Assembly: GCA_965227695.1 (NCBI GenBank)
Contig: OZ245760.1
Location: 385,861-449,860, forward strand
Length of the DNA: 64,000 nt
Source: Gammaproteobacteria bacterium
Lineage (GTDB): Bacteria > Pseudomonadota > Gammaproteobacteria > UBA4575
Reading direction: 5' to 3'
A model generated the notes under the pieces. It was not told the DNA's origin. It saw only the letters and a program-made list of their open reading frames with translations, and ran no database searches. The position numbers and the translations under genes were made by a program. This document shows, in pieces, positions 43,994-53,017 of the stretch. Position 1 is the first letter of the stretch. Each line of letters opens with the position of its first letter.

Positions 43994-45487
43994 ATTTCTC
44001 CCGACAATGAAACTGAACCTGAAGTAATCGCAGCACTTGATCTGGGTTCAAACAGTTTTCACATGGTCGTGGCATCCAATGATCATGGTCGTTTGAAAAT
44101 TCTTGATCGCATAAAAGAAATGGTTCGACTGAGTGCCGGGCTGAACGATTCCGGTATGCTCGATAAAGAGGCAATGAAACGTGCCAACGAATGTCTTGAG
44201 AGATTTGGGCAACGCTTACGTGATATGCACGCAGACTCGGTGCGTGCGATAGGCACCAATGCCCTGCGCCGTGCAAAAAACTCACGCAAATTTTTAAAGT
44301 CTGCACAACAGGCATTGGGACATCCCATAGAAATAATTTCAGGAATCGAGGAAGCGCGGTTAATTTATCTCGGCACCACTTATGCAATATCCAGACCCAA
44401 TGACCGCAGGATAGTTGTTGATATCGGCGGTGGCAGTACTGAAATAATAATAGGAGAAGGCAGTCAACCATTGAGAATGGAGAGTTTATTCATGGGTTGT
44501 GTATCCATGAGCGAACGGTTTTTCCCGGAAGGAAAAGTCACACGAAAAAACTATGACCAGGCATTTTTATCGGCAAAGTTACAGTTAAGGTCAATCGCGG
44601 CTGCCTACAAAAAAATAGGCTGGGACATGGAAATTGGCACTTCTGGCACGATTAAGGTAATTACAGAAATTGCATCAAATCTGGTTGAGGAAAATGGGGT
44701 TACGCTGGATGCCCTCAACATAATGCGTGACAGGTTAATCGAAAATCAGCTTGATCTGTCGTGTATTAAAAAAGAACGTATTCCCGTACTGCCTGGTGGT
44801 TTGGCGATTTTGGCAGCGGTATTTGATAGTCTTGAAATCAGGAGTATGAATTTTTCAGATGGTGCACTTCGCGAGGGCGTGCTGTTTGACTTGCTTGGCC
44901 GACTGCATCTTCATCATGATGATATACGGGCTGAGACGGTACAAAATCTTGAGCACCGCTATCATATTGATTTTGATCAGGCAAATCGTACAGAGCTATG
45001 TGCAGGCATGTTGTTAAATAAAGTGACATACGCATGGTCACATCAGGCAGAGGAGTATAACGATTATTTGAAATGGGCTGCACGATTGCATGAAATTGGA
45101 CTGGATATTGCGCATTCCGGGTATCACCGGCATGGCGCATATCTTTTGCAATATTCAGATATGCCCGGGTTTGCCAATAATGAACAGAATATACTGGCCT
45201 GTCTGGTCGGCAGTCATCGCAGGAAAATAAAAAATGAACTGCTAGATACACTGCAAAGTGATGAGTTGGAGATAGTTAAGTATCTGATTGTGATACTTCG
45301 TCTGGCAGTACTTTTGAGCAGAGACCGTATTGATATCGATTTTCCGATAAAGAATGTCACGCTGGATGATAAAAAGATAAAACTTGACTTTATTGACAGC
45401 TGGCTTGAAACCTCACCTTTAACGAAGCTCGACCTGGAGCAGGAAAGTGAATACTTGAAAGCCATTGATATTAAACTTTCATTTTAG
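43994..45487 (+). CDS. ppx: exopolyphosphatase (Ppx/GppA family); proposed AUU start
   Basis: Ppx/GppA ASKHA fold plus an HD-like C-terminal half. The essential N-terminal motif [14 protein letters not shown] is encoded in frame upstream of the first ATG (44063). The in-frame stop is at 43955-43957. The only start-like codon with a Shine-Dalgarno (GGAGGTG, 43983-43989) is ATT 43994. A conventional gene call would be 44063..45487. Confidence 0.8.
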   Translation: [497 protein letters not shown]

Positions 45488-47570
45488 CATATTTATTCAA
45501 TAGTTCGGTTTGTGCGGTTATTTTACGTTCTTTTTTACCGCATTGTTTGCGAATGTACTCGCCATCGGGCTGAAGAATCCAAGCATTCTGATTATCTTTA
45601 ATCATTAACTCAAGCTCCGATAGTACACATTTTTTGATAGCGCGGTCTTCCAGCGGCCACGCTGTCTCCACGCGTCGGAAAAAATTTCTATCCATCCAGT
45701 CTGCGCTGGAACAATAAATTTTTGAGCGTCCTCCGTTGTAAAAATAAAAAACACGTGAATGCTCTAAAAACCTGCCGATGATTGAACGCACTTCGATATT
45801 GTCCGATATCCCCTTCACACCCGGACGCAGACAACATGGTCCTCGAACAATCAACTTAATTTCAACGCCGGCCATAGACGCGCGGTAAAGTGCCTGGATC
45901 AACTGGGGTTCAATTAGGGAGTTTACCCGTGCAATAATTTTTGCTTTACGTTTGTTGTGCGCACGTTTTGTTTCTTTTTCGACATACTCCAGGATGGTTT
46001 TGTAGAGTGTGAACGGAGCCTGCAGTACCGAGTTGAGTCTGGGTATTTTGGTAAAGCTGGTCAACTGTAAGAAGATCTCATGCAGATCTGCGGTAATGGC
46101 CGGATCTGATGTAAACATGCCGTAGTCGGTATACAGTTTCGCGGTGGACTGATGGTAGTTTCCTGTTCCCAGGTGCGCATATCTGACAAGACGGTCATTT
46201 TCACGTCGTATGACGAGTATCATTTTTGCATGTGTCTTGATGCCAACGATCCCGTAAACGACATGTGCTCCGGCCTTTTGCAGCCGGTTAGCCAGCGTGA
46301 TATTTGCGGCTTCATCAAAGCGTGCCATGAGCTCGATGACCACCGTCACCTCTTTTCCGGAAGTCGCTGCCATGACCAGCGCATCAACAATGCGCGATTG
46401 AGCACCGGTTCGATATAGCGTTTGCTTGATCGCAAGCACTTTAGGGTCTTTGGCCGCCTGATGTATGAAATTTAGCACCGGCGCAAATGACTGATACGGG
46501 TGATGCATTAATATGTCCTGCTTTGAGATCACCTTGAAAAGATTCGAGTCCGGTGTCAGCGGTTTAGGCAGCATAGGTTTAAAGTCAGGATATTTCAGAT
46601 CCGGCCGATCAATCAGATCATAGGTGTTGAGTAAGCGGTTCAGGTTTACCGGACCATTGACTTTGTATAAGTCAACTTCATCCAGTTCAAACTGCTGTAG
46701 CAGATATTCAACCAGGTGACCCGGGGTGTTTTTATAGGTTTCAAGGCGTGCGGCAGCACCATATCGGCGAGAGGCCAGTTCACCTTCGAGTGCCAGAGGC
46801 AGATCATCAATCTCATCGGTGACATACAAGTCACTGTTTCGGGTGACCCGGAATTGGTAACAGCCATGTACCTGCAGGCCTTCAAAAAGATCATGTACGA
46901 ATTCATGGATAACAGAGGATAAAAATACAAAATTAATCGAATTATCACCCGTATTACCGGGCAACTGGATCAGCCTCGGTAAAGATCTTGGTGCCTGTAC
47001 GATTGCCAGATGTCCACTACGCCCAAATGCATCTGAGCCTCCGACTTCTACGATGAAGTTCAGGCTTTTGTTGAGAATGCGGGGAAAAGGATGACCAGGG
47101 TCAATTCCCAACGGGCTGAGTACCGGTTCCACCTGTTCGGTGAAGTAGCTTTGTATCCATTGCCTTTGCGAATGCGACCATTTTTCACGAGGAATGAAGT
47201 GAACATTTTCATTGGCCAGTTCCGGCAGTATGACATCGTTAAAAACCCTGTATTGCTCCTCTACAAGCGACTCTGTTGTTTCATGCACCTCTTTCAATAC
47301 CTGCTTTGCGGGTTTTTGGTCTGCGGAGGTGTAACCAGTAGAAAACTCGATATGCTGCTTGATGCCGCCGACGCGAATCTCAAAGAATTCATCAAGATTT
47401 GAACAGGAAATACAGAGAAATTTTAGTCTTTCCAGTAATGGTGTGCCAGTGTCCTTGGCTTGCTGCAGCACTCTTTGATTGAATTTGAGCTGGCTGATCT
47501 CCCGATTAATAAACAAATCAGGGTCACTGATATCAACGGCTCTTGACTGCTCGGATTTATTTGTTGACAT
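45471..47570 (-). CDS. ppk: polyphosphate kinase 1
   Basis: 699 aa. Contains FINREISQLKFNQRVL, EFFEIRV, two PLD-like HKD-type regions (THAKMILV...) and SADWMDRNFFRRVE. Confidence 0.96.
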   Translation of the reverse strand: MSTNKSEQSRAVDISDPDLFINREISQLKFNQRVLQQAKDTGTPLLERLKFLCISCSNLDEFFEIRVGGIKQHIEFSTGYTSADQKPAKQVLKEVHETTESLVEEQYRVFNDVILPELANENVHFIPREKWSHSQRQWIQSYFTEQVEPVLSPLGIDPGHPFPRILNKSLNFIVEVGGSDAFGRSGHLAIVQAPRSLPRLIQLPGNTGDNSINFVFLSSVIHEFVHDLFEGLQVHGCYQFRVTRNSDLYVTDEIDDLPLALEGELASRRYGAAARLETYKNTPGHLVEYLLQQFELDEVDLYKVNGPVNLNRLLNTYDLIDRPDLKYPDFKPMLPKPLTPDSNLFKVISKQDILMHHPYQSFAPVLNFIHQAAKDPKVLAIKQTLYRTGAQSRIVDALVMAATSGKEVTVVIELMARFDEAANITLANRLQKAGAHVVYGIVGIKTHAKMILVIRRENDRLVRYAHLGTGNYHQSTAKLYTDYGMFTSDPAITADLHEIFLQLTSFTKIPRLNSVLQAPFTLYKTILEYVEKETKRAHNKRKAKIIARVNSLIEPQLIQALYRASMAGVEIKLIVRGPCCLRPGVKGISDNIEVRSIIGRFLEHSRVFYFYNGGRSKIYCSSADWMDRNFFRRVETAWPLEDRAIKKCVLSELELMIKDNQNAWILQPDGEYIRKQCGKKERKITAQTELLNKYAKMKV

Positions 47571-48732
47571 AATGGTTAGCAGTATTGCTTATTATCTCCC
47601 GGTAGAAAGAAATCATCGTATCTGCCAGCAGTGTTGAGTCCCACATTTTTGAATATTCTATCGCGGCGTGTTTGGTATCAATGTATTTGTGTTGATCTGT
47701 TAATAATGATACTACTTTATTGCTGAAATCGTCTATTGTGCCATCAGTGATCAGTGCTCCCTCGCATTGCTCTAATATATCATGGGTACCCATGGCGGCA
47801 ACGGATATTACGGGAGTGCCTGATGCCATCGCTTCAAGCAGCACCAATCCCTGTGTTTCGGTGAGTGAACTGAATACAAATATGTCAGCAGCATGATAAC
47901 AATCAATCAGTTCCGATGTTCTGTCAAGATAACCAACAAAAATCACATGCTTATCCAGCTGTAACTGTTTAACCTGTTCAATATATGTATTTTTGGCCGG
48001 ACCTTCGCCGGCAATGATCAGCAGCACCTCGGGAACTAGTTGTTTTACTTTTGCAACCATTTCCAATAGCAAACCAATGTTTTTTTCAAAGGCCACGCGA
48101 CTTACGTTGAGTAATACTTTTTTGTTTTTATCAATACCAAATTGTGTTTTGAAGTTTTCAGCATTGCCATTTTTAAAATGCGGATAATTGATCCCGGTTG
48201 GAATGATATTTATTTTGTTGACTACGCCATAATTTCTCAACAGTTTGACAATAATTGATGATGGCGCGACAACACCCTGTACCTGATTGCACTGACTGGT
48301 TGAAAAACGGCGGGCAAAAAATCGTAGTGCCTGTTTTGGGACCAGGGGGATGTAGTGATAAAGGTATTCCTCAAAAAGAGTGTGATAGGTGATCACACAC
48401 GGGATATCCAGTGACCTTGCAATTTTCACTCCGCAATAGTGTGCAACAAAAGGTGTCTGTATGTGTATCACATCAAACCGGGATTTTTTTAATGCAGGAA
48501 TCATTTTCCTGATGCTGGAAGAACTCATCATGCGGTCTTCAGGATCAAAAGGAATGGTGCGCGACTTAATGCGAATCACGGATTCTTCTTGAGTTTCGTG
48601 GCGATTATACTGTGGTGCAATCAGAGTGACCTCGTGACCGGCGCGCTCAAACTCTGATTTGAATGTCTGTATGGAGGTTGAAACACCATTGATGCGGGGG
48701 AAGTATACATCAGAAATCATTAGAATTTTCAT
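47557..48732 (-). CDS. GT4-family (GT-B) glycosyltransferase, Agt-like candidate glycolipid synthase
   Basis: MKILMISDVYFPRINGVSTS N-terminus and a C-terminal EX7E-type region (FSSLTETQGLVLLEAMASGTPV). The stop lies 14 nt inside the ppk start. Confidence 0.8.
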   Translation of the reverse strand: MKILMISDVYFPRINGVSTSIQTFKSEFERAGHEVTLIAPQYNRHETQEESVIRIKSRTIPFDPEDRMMSSSSIRKMIPALKKSRFDVIHIQTPFVAHYCGVKIARSLDIPCVITYHTLFEEYLYHYIPLVPKQALRFFARRFSTSQCNQVQGVVAPSSIIVKLLRNYGVVNKINIIPTGINYPHFKNGNAENFKTQFGIDKNKKVLLNVSRVAFEKNIGLLLEMVAKVKQLVPEVLLIIAGEGPAKNTYIEQVKQLQLDKHVIFVGYLDRTSELIDCYHAADIFVFSSLTETQGLVLLEAMASGTPVISVAAMGTHDILEQCEGALITDGTIDDFSNKVVSLLTDQHKYIDTKHAAIEYSKMWDSTLLADTMISFYREIISNTANHYVNK

Positions 48733-48776
48733 CTGCGATTACCATAAGAGTGAAGTGTGTTGCTTGCAGCAAAAAG

Positions 48777-49781
48777 TTAACTGCAGTGCGCTGGCATCAA
48801 GTGACTGATAAATTGGCGGGTTGCCTGTTCCCATGTGAACTCGCGAGCCTGCTCGATACAATCGCGGGGATCCAGTTTTAATGCAGCAAGAGCTGCCGTC
48901 TGTAAGTCTTCATTGAGGATACCCGTCACACCATTTCTGACGACGTCGCGAGGGCCTGTGACCGGATAAGCGGCGACCGGCAGGCCGCATGCCATGGCCT
49001 CCAGCATCACAACACCAAATGTATCCGTGAGGCTGGGGAAAACGAAAACGTCACCACTGGCAATGCAGGCGGCAAGTTCCTCACCAAACTTGTAACCCTC
49101 AAACTTAACATCTGTGTATTTTTGCTTAAGCGTGTTTAGGGCGGGGCCGTCTCCGATCACCACTTTTGTGCCTGGCAGCTCTGCGTCAAGAAAAGCCTCA
49201 ATATTTTTTTCAACGGCGACGCGGCCGACATAAATCCAGATTGGACGAGGATAATCAAGCAAGCTTTTATCATGCGGCCTGAATATATTCGTGTCTACTC
49301 CACGTGACCACAGCACCAGCTCATTGAATTGTCTGTCCTGTAATATTTTTTTTTGATGCGGGGTTCCGACCATGGTGCGTGTGGCTTTATCATGAAAGCG
49401 TCGTAAAAAATGATAGGATAATTTCAGCGGTACAGGGAAGCGTTGTTTGATATATTCCGGGAATTGCGTATGGTAAGAGGTAGTAAAAGCCATGTTGTTG
49501 CGGATACAAAACGCCCTTGCTGCCAGGCCCAGAGGCCCCTCGGTTGCAATATGAATATGAGTTGGACTGAATTGTGTCATCTGTCTGTCAATCAATTTCC
49601 TGGGGCGCAGTGCCAGACGAATTTCAGGATACGTCGGACAGGGGATTGTTTTTGCCTGTCCCGGGTGAATAATAAGAACTTTATGCCCGAAAGACTGAAT
49701 TATTTCTGATGTCTTGCCTAACGTTGTGACAACGCCGTTCACCTGAGGCTTCCAAGCATCAGTGACTATTACGCAGCGCAT
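48777..49781 (-). CDS. GT-B glycosyltransferase (family 1/4)
   Basis: Contains VIVTDAWKPQVNGVVTTL and FPSLTDTFGVVMLEAMACGLPVAA. Confidence 0.8.
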   Translation of the reverse strand: MRCVIVTDAWKPQVNGVVTTLGKTSEIIQSFGHKVLIIHPGQAKTIPCPTYPEIRLALRPRKLIDRQMTQFSPTHIHIATEGPLGLAARAFCIRNNMAFTTSYHTQFPEYIKQRFPVPLKLSYHFLRRFHDKATRTMVGTPHQKKILQDRQFNELVLWSRGVDTNIFRPHDKSLLDYPRPIWIYVGRVAVEKNIEAFLDAELPGTKVVIGDGPALNTLKQKYTDVKFEGYKFGEELAACIASGDVFVFPSLTDTFGVVMLEAMACGLPVAAYPVTGPRDVVRNGVTGILNEDLQTAALAALKLDPRDCIEQAREFTWEQATRQFISHLMPAHCS

Positions 49782-49852
49782 GATTAGGTATTGATTTTTT
49801 ATAAGTTAAGTAGATTGGCCAGTAGTCATGGCATGACTGTGCTTATTGACGG

Positions 49853-50662
49853 TCAGGCGACATTTCGCTCGTCTTCAACCGCCGGGCTTAACATGGCTGC
49901 AAGTGAGCGTTTATAGTCTTCATTCCAGTGAATCAGCTCTAAACTGCCATCTTGGTGTTCAATAATGCCTGAACAGCTTTCTACCCAGTCACCGTCATTG
50001 CAGTAGAGCACGTTATTGATAGGCCGGATTTCTGCATGATGTATGTGTCCGCAGATCACGCCATCTACATCACGGTCTTTGGCCAGATGGGCCAATGCGG
50101 TTTCGAAGCTGCCAATATAATTCACCGCATTTTTAACTTTCAGTTTTAAGTATTTTGCCAGCGACCAGTGATCCCGCCGGAATAACTTGCGAAAAATATT
50201 GACATATTGATTTATCTGCAGGAGACGATCATATGCCCAACTGCCCAGTCTCGCGATCCATTGACTGTGTTTAACGATCGTGTCGAATTCATCACCATGC
50301 AATATGAGTAACTTTTTACCATTTGCAGTTTTGTGTTCGTAGTCTTGATGAATTTCGACATTGCCAAATGCGTAACCTGTATATTCGCGCATGACTTCAT
50401 CATGATTGCCCGGTACATAGATCACTTTTGTTCCATGCTTGGCTTTACCTAATATGGAACGAACGACATTGGTATGCTGTTGTGGCCAGTAAGAAGATTT
50501 TTGCAGGCTCCAGAAGTCCACAATATCGCCGACTAAATAGAGGTATTCGGCTTCAAAGCTATGTAAAAAATCCAGCAACTTCTCAGCCTGACAACCACGA
50601 AAGCCAAGATGGACATCCGAGATCCAGACACTGCGGACTTTAAGTAGTGTTGGTGTGCTCAA
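49853..50662 (-). CDS. calcineurin-like metallophosphoesterase of the LpxH/PlcP group (candidate Pho-regulated phospholipase C)
   Basis: Contains the metallophosphoesterase blocks SDVHLG, GDIVDFW, GNHDE, HGDEFD and GHIHH. The start is TTG. It heads the GT-GT-ppk gene string. Confidence 0.75.
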   Translation of the reverse strand: MSTPTLLKVRSVWISDVHLGFRGCQAEKLLDFLHSFEAEYLYLVGDIVDFWSLQKSSYWPQQHTNVVRSILGKAKHGTKVIYVPGNHDEVMREYTGYAFGNVEIHQDYEHKTANGKKLLILHGDEFDTIVKHSQWIARLGSWAYDRLLQINQYVNIFRKLFRRDHWSLAKYLKLKVKNAVNYIGSFETALAHLAKDRDVDGVICGHIHHAEIRPINNVLYCNDGDWVESCSGIIEHQDGSLELIHWNEDYKRSLAAMLSPAVEDERNVA

Positions 50663-50684
50663 TGGTCACTGTTGAGTGTATGCA

Positions 50685-50719
50685 TTGTCATAAATACGAA
50701 TTTGTCATTCTTTTGTTAC
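50685..50719 (+). promoter_or_regulatory. Pho-box-like direct repeats in the divergent plcP-like/PAP2 spacer
   Basis: TTGTCAT (50685) is followed by TTGTCATtcttTTGTTAC (50702-50719), a 7-4-7 arrangement like CTGTCAT-N4-CTGTCAT. A further ATGTCATaataAGTTCAT lies at 50786-50803. The orientation relative to the two divergent genes is ambiguous. Confidence 0.45.
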
Positions 50720-50883
50720 AAGGTGATTACTTTATTGTGAAGTAAATATTAAAAAAATTGGTATAACATGATGAAATTGCTGAAAATGTCATAATAAGTT
50801 CATTAATATATCACACAGTTGACATAACCGTTTCTTAACATTCTGTAACATTATGCAGAGGTATAAAACGATAAAGGGCGGTT

Positions 50884-51432
50884 ATGTCAGGACTCAGGAC
50901 GGGAAATCTTTTTGATCGCATCGATCAAATCGAACTGCGTGTCTGTGCTTATATAAATCATGCTAGTCAGCGTCTGTTGATGCGCATTTTTTTTCAGATG
51001 ATCAGCCGTCTTGGTGATGGAGTATTCTGGTACACATTATTACTGCTGCTACCCTACATACAGGGTTCGCAGGGGTACGGCCAGATGCTTCACATTGCGC
51101 TTACTGCGATGCTGGTATTAATTGTCTATAAGTATCTTAAAAAAACACTCGTGCGTGAACGGCCCTTTATCAATTCCCAAAGTATTTGTCAGGCCGCACC
51201 TGCACTGGACCGGTATAGCTTTCCTTCCGGGCATACAATGCATGCTTTATCTTTTGCCGTCATGTTCAGTTACTACGTGCCCGGACTCACCATGCTGGTG
51301 TCAGGGTTTGCAGCACTGGTTGCCATGTCGCGTGTCATACTTGGACTGCATTATCCAAGCGATGTCGTGGCGGGTGCTTTGCTGGGTGTAGCCATTGCGT
51401 TACTTAGCTTAACGATTTTTCCTGTTATTTAA
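50884..51432 (+). CDS. PAP2-family (type 2 phosphatidic acid/lipid phosphate) phosphatase, membrane protein
   Basis: Contains KxxxxxxRP (KKTLVRERP), PSGH (SFPSGHTM) and SRxxxxxHxxxD (SRVILGLHYPSDV) motifs, with several TM helices. Confidence 0.85.
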   Translation: MSGLRTGNLFDRIDQIELRVCAYINHASQRLLMRIFFQMISRLGDGVFWYTLLLLLPYIQGSQGYGQMLHIALTAMLVLIVYKYLKKTLVRERPFINSQSICQAAPALDRYSFPSGHTMHALSFAVMFSYYVPGLTMLVSGFAALVAMSRVILGLHYPSDVVAGALLGVAIALLSLTIFPVI

Positions 51433-51526
51433 CGAGTACTTTCTTAAAACAGACTGATACGTGCCAGCAGGCATGTATCAGTGTCATGCCGTGGCTGATA
51501 CAGCTCAAATGACAAAAACCCCGACA

Positions 51527-51570
51527 ATCTGACAAAACTGTCACGAAAATGTCATTTTTCTGAAATATTA
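51527..51570 (+). promoter_or_regulatory. tandem Pho boxes upstream of the porin gene
   Basis: ATCTGACaaaaCTGTCACgaaaATGTCATttttCTGAAATatta contains four 7-mers in strict 11-bp phase. The middle two nearly match CTGTCAT. A TATTAT -10 candidate lies at 51566-51571. Confidence 0.7.
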
Positions 51571-51659
51571 TCCCGCCCTTCAACATTTATCGGACTAAAC
51601 CAGGCTCAGCAATGATCCGGTTAATCTTTTAAATCTTAAATCATGACAGAGAGTTATAT

Positions 51660-52949
51660 ATGAAATTAAAAAATATTCGCGTGGCTTCACTGGCCGCGGT
51701 TGTTGCGACCGGTGTTGCGGTATCAAACCCTGCAGTGGCGGCCAATGACGCTATGATGGAACTGCTTAAAGTACTGCGTGACAATGGCACAATCAGCCAG
51801 GAAGCATATAGTCTGTTAAAAAATTCAGCTCAGGCTGATGCAGAACGCACGGAGGCAAAAATTGAAGAAACCGCCGAAGAAAAGCTGGCATCAGTACAAC
51901 AGGTTTCCGATAAACTTAAATGGGCAGAAAAAATCCAGTTTAAGGGTGACTTGCGTTTGCGTCGCCAGTACCAGGAAGCAGACCCGGAAAACGGTGAAAA
52001 ACAAAGCCGTGAGCGCTATCGCTATCGCCTGCGCTTAGGGGCGGAAGGTGAAGTCACGGATGAGGTAAAAGTCGGATTAGGATTCGCCAGTGGCAGTGAT
52101 GATGCGCGATCAACCAATGAAACTCTAGATGATGGCTTTTCAACTAAAGATATCCGCCTGGATTATGCATATGCAGAGTGGATGCCTGCTGACTGGGTAA
52201 GTGTAGTTGGCGGTAAATTCAAGCGAAAAGGTTATTTATGGGCGCCAAGCGACTTATTGTGGGACGGGGATATTAATCCCGAAGGTGTGTCTGTGCATCT
52301 GCATACCGATAATTCACTGGGTAGCACCTATGCCAATGCTGGTCACTGGCTTTTAGAAGAATATAGCTCCGTGAGTGATGATCCCACCTTAACCTATGCC
52401 CAGGTTGGTCATAAATTTAAGTCTGGCAATATCTTTGGAAATGTCGCTGGAACCTACTATTCATTTGATGGCCTGGAAGGCGAGCCAGCTATCGTCGGTA
52501 GCGGGGGAAATAACACAATCTCAAGTGGTGTTTATATGTATGACTATGATTCCATTGGATTATCAGCAGAATTGGGTCTAGAAGATGTTTTCATGCCAGG
52601 AAAGATCTTTGCAGTGTTTGGTGATTACATCAAGAACGATGATAGTGATGAAGACAAAGGGCGCGCTATTGGATTTAAATTTGGTGACAAAAAAGTAAAA
52701 GATCCGCACACATGGCAGCTTAAGTTTATCAATGCCGATCTGGAGGCCGATGCTTTTCCTGATTTTCTTCCCGATTCTGATCGACTGGGTGGGAAAACCG
52801 GGGTTGAGTCAAATGAAATCGCATTTAAGTATGCAATTGCCAAGAATATTATTCTGGGACTCGACTACTATGACTCTGAACAGGATGCACCTGGGCTGGA
52901 TGATGATGAAGACAAGGTACTTCAAACAGACATTGAGTTCAAATTCTAG
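51660..52949 (+). CDS. outer-membrane beta-barrel porin, probably phosphate-starvation inducible
   Basis: Signal peptide ...AVSNPAVA|AND, alternating beta-strand-like sequence, and a C-terminal ...TDIEFKF (terminal Phe). It is preceded by Pho boxes and lies next to phoBR. Phosphate selectivity is inference only. Confidence 0.7.
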   Translation: MKLKNIRVASLAAVVATGVAVSNPAVAANDAMMELLKVLRDNGTISQEAYSLLKNSAQADAERTEAKIEETAEEKLASVQQVSDKLKWAEKIQFKGDLRLRRQYQEADPENGEKQSRERYRYRLRLGAEGEVTDEVKVGLGFASGSDDARSTNETLDDGFSTKDIRLDYAYAEWMPADWVSVVGGKFKRKGYLWAPSDLLWDGDINPEGVSVHLHTDNSLGSTYANAGHWLLEEYSSVSDDPTLTYAQVGHKFKSGNIFGNVAGTYYSFDGLEGEPAIVGSGGNNTISSGVYMYDYDSIGLSAELGLEDVFMPGKIFAVFGDYIKNDDSDEDKGRAIGFKFGDKKVKDPHTWQLKFINADLEADAFPDFLPDSDRLGGKTGVESNEIAFKYAIAKNIILGLDYYDSEQDAPGLDDDEDKVLQTDIEFKF

Positions 52950-52970
52950 TTTCAGCATATCCTTCAAGCT

Positions 52971-53003
52971 AAAAAAGGGCGGTGATTTCACCGCCCTTTT
53001 TAT
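52971..53003 (+). terminator. rho-independent terminator after the porin gene
   Basis: Stem GGGCGG/CCGCCC with an 8-nt loop, then TTTTTATT. Confidence 0.8.
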
Positions 53004-53017
53004 TGGTTATTGCAGGT

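Noticed and set aside
43932-44471. 179-aa ORF on the minus strand, overlapping the gspB end and the ppx 5' region
   Set aside because: It lies entirely antisense to the well-supported ppx gene. Its composition is odd (Cys/His/Trp/Leu-rich), it has no Shine-Dalgarno, and it resembles no family. It is a typical shadow ORF.
50832-50867. TTCTTAAcattCTGTAAC followed by TATAAA just upstream of the PAP2 gene, as a possible Pho box plus -10
   Set aside because: The first half-site matches only 3/7 positions. The implied TSS would fall on or after the Shine-Dalgarno of the PAP2 gene. The better Pho-box-like repeats lie further upstream (50685-50719, 50786-50803).
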